From sequence record NZ_CP035506.1: a stretch of 64,000 nt of DNA, one strand, 5' to 3'. The notes below the pieces were generated by a model. That model saw only the letters and a program-made list of their open reading frames with translations, was not told the DNA's origin and did not search any database. This stretch comes from a plasmid. A program made the translations under genes and the position numbers. Of this stretch, positions 29,753-38,526 are shown one piece after another; positions within the stretch are counted from its first letter, which is position 1; every line of letters begins with the position of its first letter.

Positions 29753-30264
29753 CAGCCAGTCCGCCTTTGGCAAGCTGCCCAGAAGTGCTGCGGCACCCGT
29801 GTAGTCACTGACCTGACCTGCGGTCACGAAGAAGCGGATTGGCCGGCCATCAGCATCGGTGACGGCGTGCAACTTGGTGTTCATGCCGCCCTTGGTTCGG
29901 CCGATCAATCGGCCCCTCTGATCGTTGGCTCCCCCTTTTTCGCTCGCAGGCTGGTCGCCGTGCGATGCGCCTTGAGATAGGTCGCGTCGATCATCACCGT
30001 CTCCGGAACTGCCGACTCTGCCGCCAGGCCGAGCATCATCCGGGCGAAGACACCCCTGTCGCTCCACCGCTTCCAACGGTTGTAGAGCGTCTTCGACGGG
30101 CCATACTCCTTGGGAGCGTCGCGCCATCGCAAACCATTGCGATTAATGAAGATAATGCCGCTGAGAACGCGCCGGTCATCAACACGCGGCTTGCCATGGC
30201 TCTTGGGAAAGAAGGGCTCCAGGCGCGACATCTGCGCCTCCGTCAGCCAAAAGAGGTTGCTCAT
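29753..30264 (-). pseudogene. IS5-family transposase: orfA is intact, and the N-terminal part of orfB is truncated at the Tn3 junction.
   Basis: orfA (29905-30264) is identical to the orfA of copy 2. orfB matches copy 2 up to ...LPKADWL and then reads into the Tn3 IR. Confidence 0.8.
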
Positions 30265-30474
30265 TCATCGGTCTCCTTGCGGAGCCTGAATCATGCTGAA
30301 AGCGCAAGATCAATGGGTCCTGACCCTAAGCGCAAGCAGCTGAGTTTTATTAATAAACTAGGAAATATTAAAAAAACCACTGTCACGCCGCATCGCAACA
30401 TGTTAATAATTGACATAAGCGTGATGAACTCGGCTCCGGCCCCTGAGCCGATTGGCAGAATTATGGAGAGAAAC

Positions 30475-31026
30475 ATGTTGAAGAAGGTTGTTACGGCTGC
30501 CCTCATCGCCGCGGCCTCCGCTGCCTCGGCAAATGCTGCTGTCATTTATGCAAGCAGCGTGGTTTCGGCTAAACAGAAGGGCTATGTTGCGCCGGTGCGC
30601 AGCAACCCGATCGCAGCAACGGGTGCCGAGGATGGGAGCTTCTACTCCCTCGGCTTCGGTGGCAGCATCGTGCTCGGCTTCTCGAGCCTGGTGAGCGGCG
30701 CTGGGAAGGTGTTCGAAGTCACCAACCTCCCGCGGGAAACCTATATCGAGAGCGCGATCTTCTCGGTCAGCCTCGACGGAAAATCCTGGACCACTCTGGG
30801 AGAATACTCCAACCAGGTCAGCTCGCTCTATTCGGCGACGCCGTTCCTCTTCCTCAAGGTGGAGGATACCAGCCCGGTGATCGCCGGCCATGGCCGTGAC
30901 GGCTATGACATCGACGCCATCGGCTTCGAAGAATATGTCGCCGCGGTTCCGCTTCCGGCGGCGGGCCTGCTGCTGATCGGTGGTCTGGCCGGCCTGGGTG
31001 CCATGAAGCGCCGCAAAGCGGCCTGA
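30475..31026 (+). CDS. VPLPA-CTERM sorting-domain protein, the predicted exosortase substrate. It is a small secreted protein with an unknown N-terminal domain.
   Basis: Signal peptide MLKKVVTAALIAAASAASANA. The C-terminus is ...EEYVAAVPLPAAGLLLIGGLAGLGAMKRRKAA: a VPLPA motif, a hydrophobic helix and a basic cluster. RBS GGAGAG is 5 nt upstream. An alternative ATG is at 30463. Confidence 0.75.
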   Translation: MLKKVVTAALIAAASAASANAAVIYASSVVSAKQKGYVAPVRSNPIAATGAEDGSFYSLGFGGSIVLGFSSLVSGAGKVFEVTNLPRETYIESAIFSVSLDGKSWTTLGEYSNQVSSLYSATPFLFLKVEDTSPVIAGHGRDGYDIDAIGFEEYVAAVPLPAAGLLLIGGLAGLGAMKRRKAA

Positions 31027-31057
31027 GCCTCAAGAAACGATTTTCGGAACGCCGGTG

Positions 31058-31090
31058 CGATTGCGCCGGCGTTTTGCTTTCCGGGTTGCT
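31058..31090 (+). terminator. Probable terminator after the VPLPA-CTERM gene.
   Basis: Stem GCCGG, 9-nt loop, stem CCGGC, then gttttgcttt. Confidence 0.4.
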
Positions 31091-31216
31091 TCCAAGGTTT
31101 CCCTTGCATCCTGGGCGTTGCTGGATCACCTCTCAGGCATCATGCGGCCCGACAAACCCCTTCCCGCCCGTCAGCGTCCCCGCTTCCCGCGGCGGGAGGG
31201 CATTCTGACAGACCGA

Positions 31217-31828
31217 ATGCGCGCCATGCCGGTGGTGCTCGTGCTGTTCGTGGCCTGCCTGATCCCGGAACTCATTCTTTCCGGAGCTGATTACGGGCTT
31301 TGGGGCGATCCCGGCTGGCGGCTCTGGGCCTGGCAGCATGGCGGCTTCTGGACGGGGCTTCTGGGCAACTGGCGGCCCAACTATGCCGCGCAACCCTGGC
31401 TCATGTTCCTGACCTACGGCTTCCTGCACGGGGGGGTGATCCATTTCGGGGTGAACATGCTCACCCTGTTCTCTCTTGCGCCACCGCTGGTGGAGCGGAT
31501 GGGACAGGGACGGTTCCTGCTGCTCTACATGGCATCCATGATCGGTGGCGGTCTGGGCTTTGCGCTGCTGTCCCAGTCTCCGCAGCCGATGGTGGGGGCG
31601 TCGGGGGCGCTGTTCGGGCTGGCGGGCGCGGTCATGGCGCTGAGCTGGCAATATCTGCGGGCACGGGGGGAGAGCCTCAGGCCGGTGATCCGGTCCCTTC
31701 TGTGGCTTGCCGGGCTGAACCTGGTCCTCTGGTGGGCGATGAGCGGGATGTTGGCCTGGGAAACCCATCTGGGTGGTTTCGTCGTCGGCTGGCTCATGGG
31801 CCTGTGGCTGGTGAGGGATGGGCGATAG
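31217..31828 (+). CDS. Rhomboid-family intramembrane serine protease.
   Basis: About 6 TM helices. The GxSG motif is MVGASGALFGLAG, and the conserved His is in a later TM (AWETHLGGFVVGW). The first ATG in frame with the track ORF 31055 is used as start. Confidence 0.7.
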   Translation: MRAMPVVLVLFVACLIPELILSGADYGLWGDPGWRLWAWQHGGFWTGLLGNWRPNYAAQPWLMFLTYGFLHGGVIHFGVNMLTLFSLAPPLVERMGQGRFLLLYMASMIGGGLGFALLSQSPQPMVGASGALFGLAGAVMALSWQYLRARGESLRPVIRSLLWLAGLNLVLWWAMSGMLAWETHLGGFVVGWLMGLWLVRDGR

Positions 31829-31900
31829 CTGCATTGCAGCGACTTGTCATGCTCCGGCTCTGCTGGCAGGCTGCCATGACGACTTCGGAGAGATATCTTT

Positions 31901-32930
31901 GACGAAACATGTATTGGTCACTGGCGGAGCAGGGTATATCGGCTCCCATGCCTGCAAGGCATTACAGCGCGCCGGCTATGTGCCCGTCACCTACGATAGC
32001 CTGATTACCGGCTGGCAGCAGGCGGTGCGCTTTGGCCCGTTCGAGCAGGGCGACCTCGCCGACAGGGCGCGGCTGGATGAGGTCTTTGCCAGGTGGAGGC
32101 CGGTCGCGGTGATGCATTTCGCTGCCCTCTCCCAGGTGGGAGAGGCGATGCGGGAGCCGGGGAAATACTGGCGCGGCAATGTCGCTGCCTCCCTCACCCT
32201 GCTGGAGGCGGCAGTGGCGGCGGGCTGCCTCGACGTGGTGTTCTCCTCCACCTGCGCGACCTATGGCGATCAGGACGGCGTGGTACTGACGGAGGAGACC
32301 CCGCAGGCGCCGATCAACGCCTATGGCGCCTCCAAGCGCGCGATCGAGGACATGTTGCGCGACTTCGGCGCGGCCTACGGACTGCGCTCAGTGATCTTCC
32401 GCTACTTCAACGTGGCGGGAGCCGATCCGGAGGCGGAGGTGGGCGAGTTCCACGACCCCGAGACGCATCTGATCCCGCTGATCCTTGAGGCGATCTCCGG
32501 CAGGCGCCCGGCGCTCACCGTCTTCGGCACCGATTACCCGACGCGGGACGGCACCTGCATCCGCGACTATGTGCATGTCTCGGACCTGGTGGATGCCCAT
32601 GTGCTCGGCGTGAAGGCGCTGGAAGCGGGACGGGTGGCGGATGGCGGGGTGGAGGTCTTCTGCCTCGGCTCCGGCAGCGGTTTCTCCGTCCGCGAGGTGA
32701 TAGAGGAGGCCCGCCGCATCACCAATCGCGAGGTGCCGGTGGTCTTGGGGGAGCGGCGCGCGGGCGATGCCGTGGCGCTGGTCTGCGGCAGCGAGAAGGC
32801 GGGGCGCGAACTGGGCTGGACCCCGGCCCGCTCCGACCTCGGCACCATGATCGAGGATGCCTGGCGGTCCTATCGCACCGTGGGCTGGGACAGGACGGTG
32901 GCGGGTGGCCCGGCGCTGGAGAATGCCTGA
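31901..32930 (+). CDS. galE: UDP-glucose 4-epimerase.
   Basis: Start codon TTG at 31901, with GGAGAG 8 nt upstream. The N-terminus is KHVLVTGGAGYIGSH (Rossmann fold) and YGASK forms the catalytic YxxxK. About 340 aa. Confidence 0.85.
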
Positions 32931-33216
32931 GCCGGGCGCGTGATGCTGCTGCGCCCCTCCGGCACGACCCTGCCCGGAGACGGCGAAAGAGCGACGGGCC
33001 CCGCCACGGGGCATGGCCCCTCCCGTCCGGTCGGTGCACCCGGTTCCATGCCGCCAAGCAGCCTCTCCTGCCAGCAGAGCTCCGCCGAAGTGCGGGCAGG
33101 GGATGTCACAATCGCGATTGGCTGTGCCGGCGCGGGTTTTCTTGGCGGGATGACGTGTATATTCACCTCCCGAGGGGCGGGACACCCGCGGGATTCGGAA
33201 CAATAAAAGGAACGAC

Positions 33217-34293
33217 ATGCGCCAGCATGCCATCTTCTTCTGCCTCCCGCTGATCCTGACTGCCTGCACGGATGGTTTCGTCTATTTCCCCGTCGATGAA
33301 AGCGGCCAGGAGCGTGCGGCGCAGGAGGAGAATGTCGATATCATCCGTCTGACCCCGGATAATATCGCAAGCTTCGCTCAGCCCACCAAGGGCCATGTCG
33401 CCACCAGCATGCCGCGGGGCGGGCGCTGGAACTATCTTGTCGGGCCGGGCGACATTCTTGACATCATCGTCTTTGATCATCCGGAGCTGACGCTCCCTGC
33501 CGGGCCGCAGCGGGCGGCGGAGGATTCCGGTTTTCGCGTGCAGGCGGACGGCAGTTTCTTCTACCCCTTCATCGGCCAGGTCCGGGCCGAGGGCCGCCCG
33601 CTCGAGCAGATCCGCGAGGAGGTGACGCGGCGGCTGGCCGAATACGTCCCGGAGCCGCAGCTCGAGGTGCGTGTCGCCGCCTTCAACTCCCAGAGCGTCG
33701 TCGTCTCGGGCGAGGTGAAGATGCCGCAGCGGCTGGAGATGACGACCAGTCCCCGCACGCTGCTGGAAGCGATCAGCGAGGCGGGCGGTTTCACCGAGAA
33801 TGCCGACATGCGCCGTGTCCGCGTCCAGCGTGGCAGCCAGTTCTATGACGTGGATGTGGAGGGCTATCTCTCCGCCGGAATGGCCGCCAACAACCCGATG
33901 CTCCGGTCGGGGGATGTGGTCTCCGTGCTGCGCAAACGCGCGCAGGAGGCCTATCTGATGGGCGAGATATCGGAGGCGGGGCCGGTCGACCTGTCGCTCG
34001 ACACCGTCTCTCTCACCCAGGCGCTGGCGCTGCAGAAGGGTGTGCGCTCCACCCGGTCCGATGCGCGCGGCGTCTTTGTCTTCCGCAACGTGCGGGGGCG
34101 CATGACCGTCTTCCAACTCGAGACGAGTTCCCCCACCGGGCTGCTGCTCGGCACGCGCTTCGTGCTGGAGCCGGGCGATGTCGTCTATGTCACGCGCAAC
34201 CCGCTGCAACGCTGGAACGACACGATCTCCAAACTGCTGCCGACGGTGCAGGCGACGAATGTGGTCGCGGCGACCGACAATGCGCTGAACTGA
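33217..34293 (+). CDS. wza: Wza-family polysaccharide export outer-membrane lipoprotein.
   Basis: Lipobox LILTAC|TDG. The Poly_export domain (GPGDILDIIVFDHPEL) is followed by SLBB repeats. Confidence 0.8.
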   Translation: MRQHAIFFCLPLILTACTDGFVYFPVDESGQERAAQEENVDIIRLTPDNIASFAQPTKGHVATSMPRGGRWNYLVGPGDILDIIVFDHPELTLPAGPQRAAEDSGFRVQADGSFFYPFIGQVRAEGRPLEQIREEVTRRLAEYVPEPQLEVRVAAFNSQSVVVSGEVKMPQRLEMTTSPRTLLEAISEAGGFTENADMRRVRVQRGSQFYDVDVEGYLSAGMAANNPMLRSGDVVSVLRKRAQEAYLMGEISEAGPVDLSLDTVSLTQALALQKGVRSTRSDARGVFVFRNVRGRMTVFQLETSSPTGLLLGTRFVLEPGDVVYVTRNPLQRWNDTISKLLPTVQATNVVAATDNALN

Positions 34294-34307
34294 TCCTGGA
34301 AGAGCCC

Positions 34308-34784
34308 ATGATTTCGAATGTGATGGTCGTCTGCGTCGGCAATATCTGCCGTTCCCCGCTGGGAGAGCGCGTGCTGCAGGCGGGTCTGCCGGGGGTCAGA
34401 GTGACTTCGGCGGGGATCGGGGCGCTGGTCGGCCATGCCGCGGATCCGCTGGCCGCGGAGGTGGCAGCGGAGCATGGCATCTCGCTCGAAGGCCATGTGG
34501 CGCGGCAGTTCACCGCCGAACTGGGCGGCACGCAGGATCTGATCCTGGTCATGGAGCCGGGGCACAAGGCGGAAATCACCCGCCTGGCCCCCGCGCTGTC
34601 GGGCCGCGTGATGCTGTTCGATCAATGGACCGGCGCCAAGGGGATCGCCGACCCTTATCAGCGGTCGCGGGAATTCCACGAGGCCGTGCATGGGGAAATC
34701 GCGACGGCGGCGCAGGGCTGGATCGCCCGGCTCGGCCCCCGGCCTAGTTCCCGCCCAGGTTCAGGTTCCGGAGCCGGGGCATGA
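34308..34784 (+). CDS. wzb: Low-molecular-weight protein-tyrosine phosphatase.
   Basis: P-loop CVGNICRSP (C-X5-R), plus a downstream DP motif. Confidence 0.85.
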   Translation: MISNVMVVCVGNICRSPLGERVLQAGLPGVRVTSAGIGALVGHAADPLAAEVAAEHGISLEGHVARQFTAELGGTQDLILVMEPGHKAEITRLAPALSGRVMLFDQWTGAKGIADPYQRSREFHEAVHGEIATAAQGWIARLGPRPSSRPGSGSGAGA

Positions 34785-36957
34785 GCCCGAAGCCCCCGCG
34801 CGAGGCGGAAGCGAAGGAAGTCGATCTCGCCGCGCTGGCCGAGGAGCTCTGGGCCGCCAAGGGCAAGGTCGCTGGATTTACCGCGGCCGGGCTGCTCGCG
34901 GGGGTTCTCTACATCTTCCTCACCGCCCCCACCTATGAGGCGGATGCGCTGATCCAGCTGGAACCGAAGACCGGCAACCTCGCCGTGCCCTCGGGGCTTT
35001 CCGATCTGATGGGCGGTGGTCAGACCCAGGCCACGACCGAACGGGAACTGATTATGTCGCGCCTGGTGCTGAACCAGGCGGTGGCGGATGTGCATCTGGA
35101 ATGGACAGCCCGGCCCCGGCAGTTCCCGGTGATCGGCTATGCGCTGCGGTCCCGCGCGCTGCCCTTCAAGGGAATGAGCTTTCTGCGGCCCTATGCCCAG
35201 GGGGGGAGCGGATCCGCCTCGATCTGCTTGCCGTGCCGCCGCACTGGACGGGAGAAACCTTCACCCTCACCAAGGGCGACGGGGATACCTTCCGCGTGAC
35301 CACCCCCGACGGCCGCCTGTTCGAGGGCCGCGTGGGGGAAGTCCTGCAGGATACCGATATCGGCTTCGCCCTCCGTGTGGGGGAATTGGAAGGCCAGCCG
35401 GGACGGCAGTTCGAGATCGCCCACCGCGAGACGCAGGATGTCATCGAAGGGCTTCGCCGGTCCCTGTCGGTTGCCGAAAAGACCCGCGATTCCGGCATCC
35501 TGGAGTTGTCCTTCACCTCCCGCGACCGGGTGGAGGCGCAGCGCACGCTGGCCGCCATCGCGCAGGCCTATGTCCGCCAGAACGTGGAGCGCTCTGCCGC
35601 GCAGGCAGAAAACAGCCTTGGCTTCATCCAGCAGCAGATCCCCAAGGCCCGGCAGGACATGCTGGATGCACAGGACCGGCTGAACACCTATCGCGAGTCG
35701 CAGCGTTCCGTCGATATCCAGTTCGAGACACAGAACCTGCTGACCCAGATCGGCACGCTGGAGACCGAACTTCGTGAACTCCGCTCGCAGGAGGACGAGG
35801 TCGCCGATCTCTATACCAAGAACCACCCGCGCTACCGCCAGCTTCTGGCGCAGCGGGAGCGGCTGGAGGATCAGCTCAACAAGCTGCGGGGGAGATCGGC
35901 ACCCTGCCCGACACGCAGCGGGAGATCCTGAACTACACCCATGACGTGGAAATGGCGCAGGAGATCTATACCGAGCTTCTGACCCGCGCGCAGGAAGTGG
36001 ATGTCATGCGCGCCTCCACCGTCGGCAATGTGCGGATCGTCGATCCGGCAGAGACCCAGATCCGTCCCGTGGCGCCCCGCAAGGCGCGCGTTCTCGCTCT
36101 TGCCCTGTTGCTGGGCGGTATGCTGGGGGCGGGCTATGTGCTGCTGCGGAACTGGCTGCGGAAGGGTATCCAGAGCGCTTCCGACCTGGAGGACATGGGT
36201 CTCACGGTCTTTGCCACCATCAACAAGAGCCCGGATGCCGAAAGGCCGGAAGGCGGGCGCGGCGGGCGCGTTCCGCTGCTGGCGGCAACTAAGCCCACCG
36301 ACCTTGCCGTGGAGGGGCTGCGTTCGCTCCGCACGGGGCTGCATTTCGGGATGCTGGACGCCCCCTCCCGCACGCTGGCCATCACTTCCACCGCGCCGGG
36401 TGCGGGCAAGAGCTTCCTGTCGGCCAACTTCGCCGTCGTCTCCGCCCAGGCGGGACAGTCGGTCTGCCTGATCGACGCGGACATGCGGCGCGGGCGCCTG
36501 CGGCGGATGTTCGACGTGCCCCGCGATGCACCGGGCTTTGCCGATATCCTGACCGGACAGGCGCGGCTTGAGGATGTGCTGGTGCCAACCGGGGTGCAGG
36601 GGCTGGTTTTCCTGCCTGCAGGCAAGTTCCCCCCGAACCCGGCGGAATTGCTGCTCCGCCCGACGCTCCCGGCGCTCATCCGCGAGCTGGACCAGCGGTT
36701 CGATCTGTCGATCTTCGACTGCCCCCGGTTCTGGCGGTCACCGATCCGGTCATCATCGCCAAGGCAGCGGGGGCGAGCCTGCTCGTCGCCCGCTTCGACG
36801 AGACGCCGGAGGGCGAGATCCGTGCGGCTCAGGCCGCGATGGAGGCGGCAGGCACCGGCTTCAAGGGCGCGGTTTTCAATGCCTATGACCACCGCAAGGC
36901 CAAATCGGCGCAGAGCTATTCCTATCGCTATGAATACAAGGCGAAGGAGGAGTAACC
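34781..36957 (+). pseudogene. wzc: Wzc-type chain-length determinant/tyrosine autokinase, broken by three frameshifts. Each one is at a G- or C-homopolymer run.
   Basis: Three overlapping track ORFs (34781-35299, 35101-35931, 35946-37091) together reconstruct an N-terminal Wzz domain, a coiled-coil, a Walker A (TAPGAGKSF) and a terminal Tyr cluster SYSYRYEY, ending at the TAA at 36955-36957. The frame changes fall at GGGGGGG (about 35200), GGGGG (about 35890) and CCCCC (about 36725). Confidence 0.75.
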
Positions 36958-37383
36958 TCCCTTTCGCCCGGAAAATGAAAGGCAAAAGATCGCCGATGGC
37001 GGCACAGGAGCAACATGGTCTGATGTGCCTGGGCCGCAAAACGATAAACATGGGTCGGCGACCGTTGCCGTTTGCCAATCATGAGCGATAATGATGGGCG
37101 TAGTTCGTGAGCCGTGCAGGACAATCGAATGAGACTTTACACCGGCAGGGCCTCCATGAATGCCTCCGGGTAGACGGTCCGGAGGGATGAGCCGGCGCCG
37201 GATGAAAAGGGCGGTCGTTCCTCCCCTTCCTTCAGGGCACCTGTCAGACTTGGGACAGCCCTGGAGGCAGTCCTCCACGATCCAGCCTCCTCGGAGGCCT
37301 TCTTTCCGGGCTGTCGCGGCCCGGTGCAGCGGGCAGTATTTCCAATGTGGCGGGATATCACCCGCCCACCTCAAGGTTCCGGC

Positions 37384-38508
37384 ATGATCTTCGTCAACGC
37401 ATTCGCCTTCGCGATCCTGGCAAGTTGCCTGTTCGCCACCGTTCTCGTCCTGACGCGCCATTTGCATGGGCATCTGACCCTCGACAGTCAGGTGGGCGTG
37501 CAGAAGCTCCATGCCGTGCCGACCCCGCGGGTTGGCGGGCTTGCCCTCATGGTCGGTGCGCTGGCGGGTGGTTTCGCCCTGCCGGATGGCGGGCGGGAGC
37601 TGTGGTGGATGATCTGTCTTGCTGCGATCCCCGCCTTCGCCTCCGGGCTGATCGAGGACGTGACCAAGCGGGTGGGCGTGCGCACCCGCCTGCTGGCCAC
37701 CATCCTGTCGGGGCTGATCTTCTGCCTGCTCTCGGGCTACGCCATCCGGGGGGTGGACCTGCCGGGGGTGGACATGCTGCTGGCCATCGGCCCGATTGCC
37801 GTGCTCTTCACCGCCTTCGCCATTGGCGGCATCGCCAATGCGCTGAACATCATCGACGGGGTGAACGGGCTGGCTTCGGGGACGGCGATCATCATCCTCG
37901 CCGGCTTCGGGCTCATCGCCTGGCAGACGGGGGATACGGCGATCATGGGTGTCTGCCTTGTCGCCATCGGGGCCATCGCCGGGTTCTTCCTGCTGAACTA
38001 TCCGCTCGGGCTGATCTTCTTCGGCGATGCCGGCGCCTATGGGACGGGCTATCTGCTGGCGGTTCTCGCCGTCGCGCTCCCTGCCCGCAACCCGGAGATC
38101 TCGCCGATCATCGGCATCCTGCTCCTGGCCTATCCGATGATCGAGACCTTCGTGTCGATCCACCGCCGCACCGTGCGGACCGGCAGCCATCCCGGCCAGC
38201 CCGACCGGTTGCATCTGCACAGCCTCGTCTATCGCAGCCTCGCCCGCCGTATCGCACGGGGGCTGGGCAGGCCCCAGCTGCGCAACCCCGTGGCCAGCAC
38301 GATCCTCTGGGCCTTCCCGCTGCTGTCCACCGTATTGGCGGTGTTCTGTGCCAAAAGCTCGCTCGCCATCTGGGGGGCGCTGCTCGTGGTGGCCTGCTGC
38401 TACCTGCTGCTCTACCGCCGCGTGGCGCTGCTGCGCGGCCGGGGCGGGAATGGCCCTTCCGGGCGGAACATCCGTCCGCATCATCCTGCGGCCCATCCGG
38501 CCGAATAG
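37384..38508 (+). CDS. Glycosyltransferase family 4 (MraY/WecA-like) polyprenyl-phosphate HexNAc-1-phosphate transferase. This is the priming enzyme of cluster B.
   Basis: A polytopic protein with the conserved NALNIIDGVNGL and FFGDAGAYG motifs of the MraY/WecA superfamily. The start is uncertain; the track ORF begins at 37324. Confidence 0.7.
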   Translation: MIFVNAFAFAILASCLFATVLVLTRHLHGHLTLDSQVGVQKLHAVPTPRVGGLALMVGALAGGFALPDGGRELWWMICLAAIPAFASGLIEDVTKRVGVRTRLLATILSGLIFCLLSGYAIRGVDLPGVDMLLAIGPIAVLFTAFAIGGIANALNIIDGVNGLASGTAIIILAGFGLIAWQTGDTAIMGVCLVAIGAIAGFFLLNYPLGLIFFGDAGAYGTGYLLAVLAVALPARNPEISPIIGILLLAYPMIETFVSIHRRTVRTGSHPGQPDRLHLHSLVYRSLARRIARGLGRPQLRNPVASTILWAFPLLSTVLAVFCAKSSLAIWGALLVVACCYLLLYRRVALLRGRGGNGPSGRNIRPHHPAAHPAE

Positions 38509-38526
38509 GCCGCAAGGAGCGGCGTA

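Larger units (their letters stand above)
26050..29754. mobile_element. Tn3-family transposon (tnpA, res, tnpR) inserted inside the IS5 element.
   Basis: Terminal inverted repeats of about 38 bp beginning GGGGCTGATGCCGGAGGGGGCAGGATCCTACG (left) and GGGGTCTGATGCCGGAGGGGGCAGAATCCTACG (right, reverse complement). They are flanked by a 5-bp direct duplication, AGCCA at 26045-26049 and at 29755-29759. Confidence 0.8.
25762..30329 (-). mobile_element. IS5-family element (IS427-like, orfA/orfB with a programmed frameshift), copy 1. It is interrupted by a Tn3-family transposon.
   Basis: The ends TAGGGTCAGGAC / GTCCTGACCCTA are identical to those of the intact copy at 54905-55761. The transposase reading frame is split at ...PKADWL | LADRGY... 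by the Tn3 insertion. After subtracting Tn3 (3705 bp) and the 5-bp target duplication, the length matches the 857-bp intact copy. Confidence 0.8.

Noticed and set aside
36928-38496. 522-aa minus-strand ORF and the overlapping +2-frame ORF 37347-38537.
   Set aside because: They are alternative frames over the WecA-like gene. Only the 37384-38508 frame gives a polytopic protein with MraY/WecA motifs.
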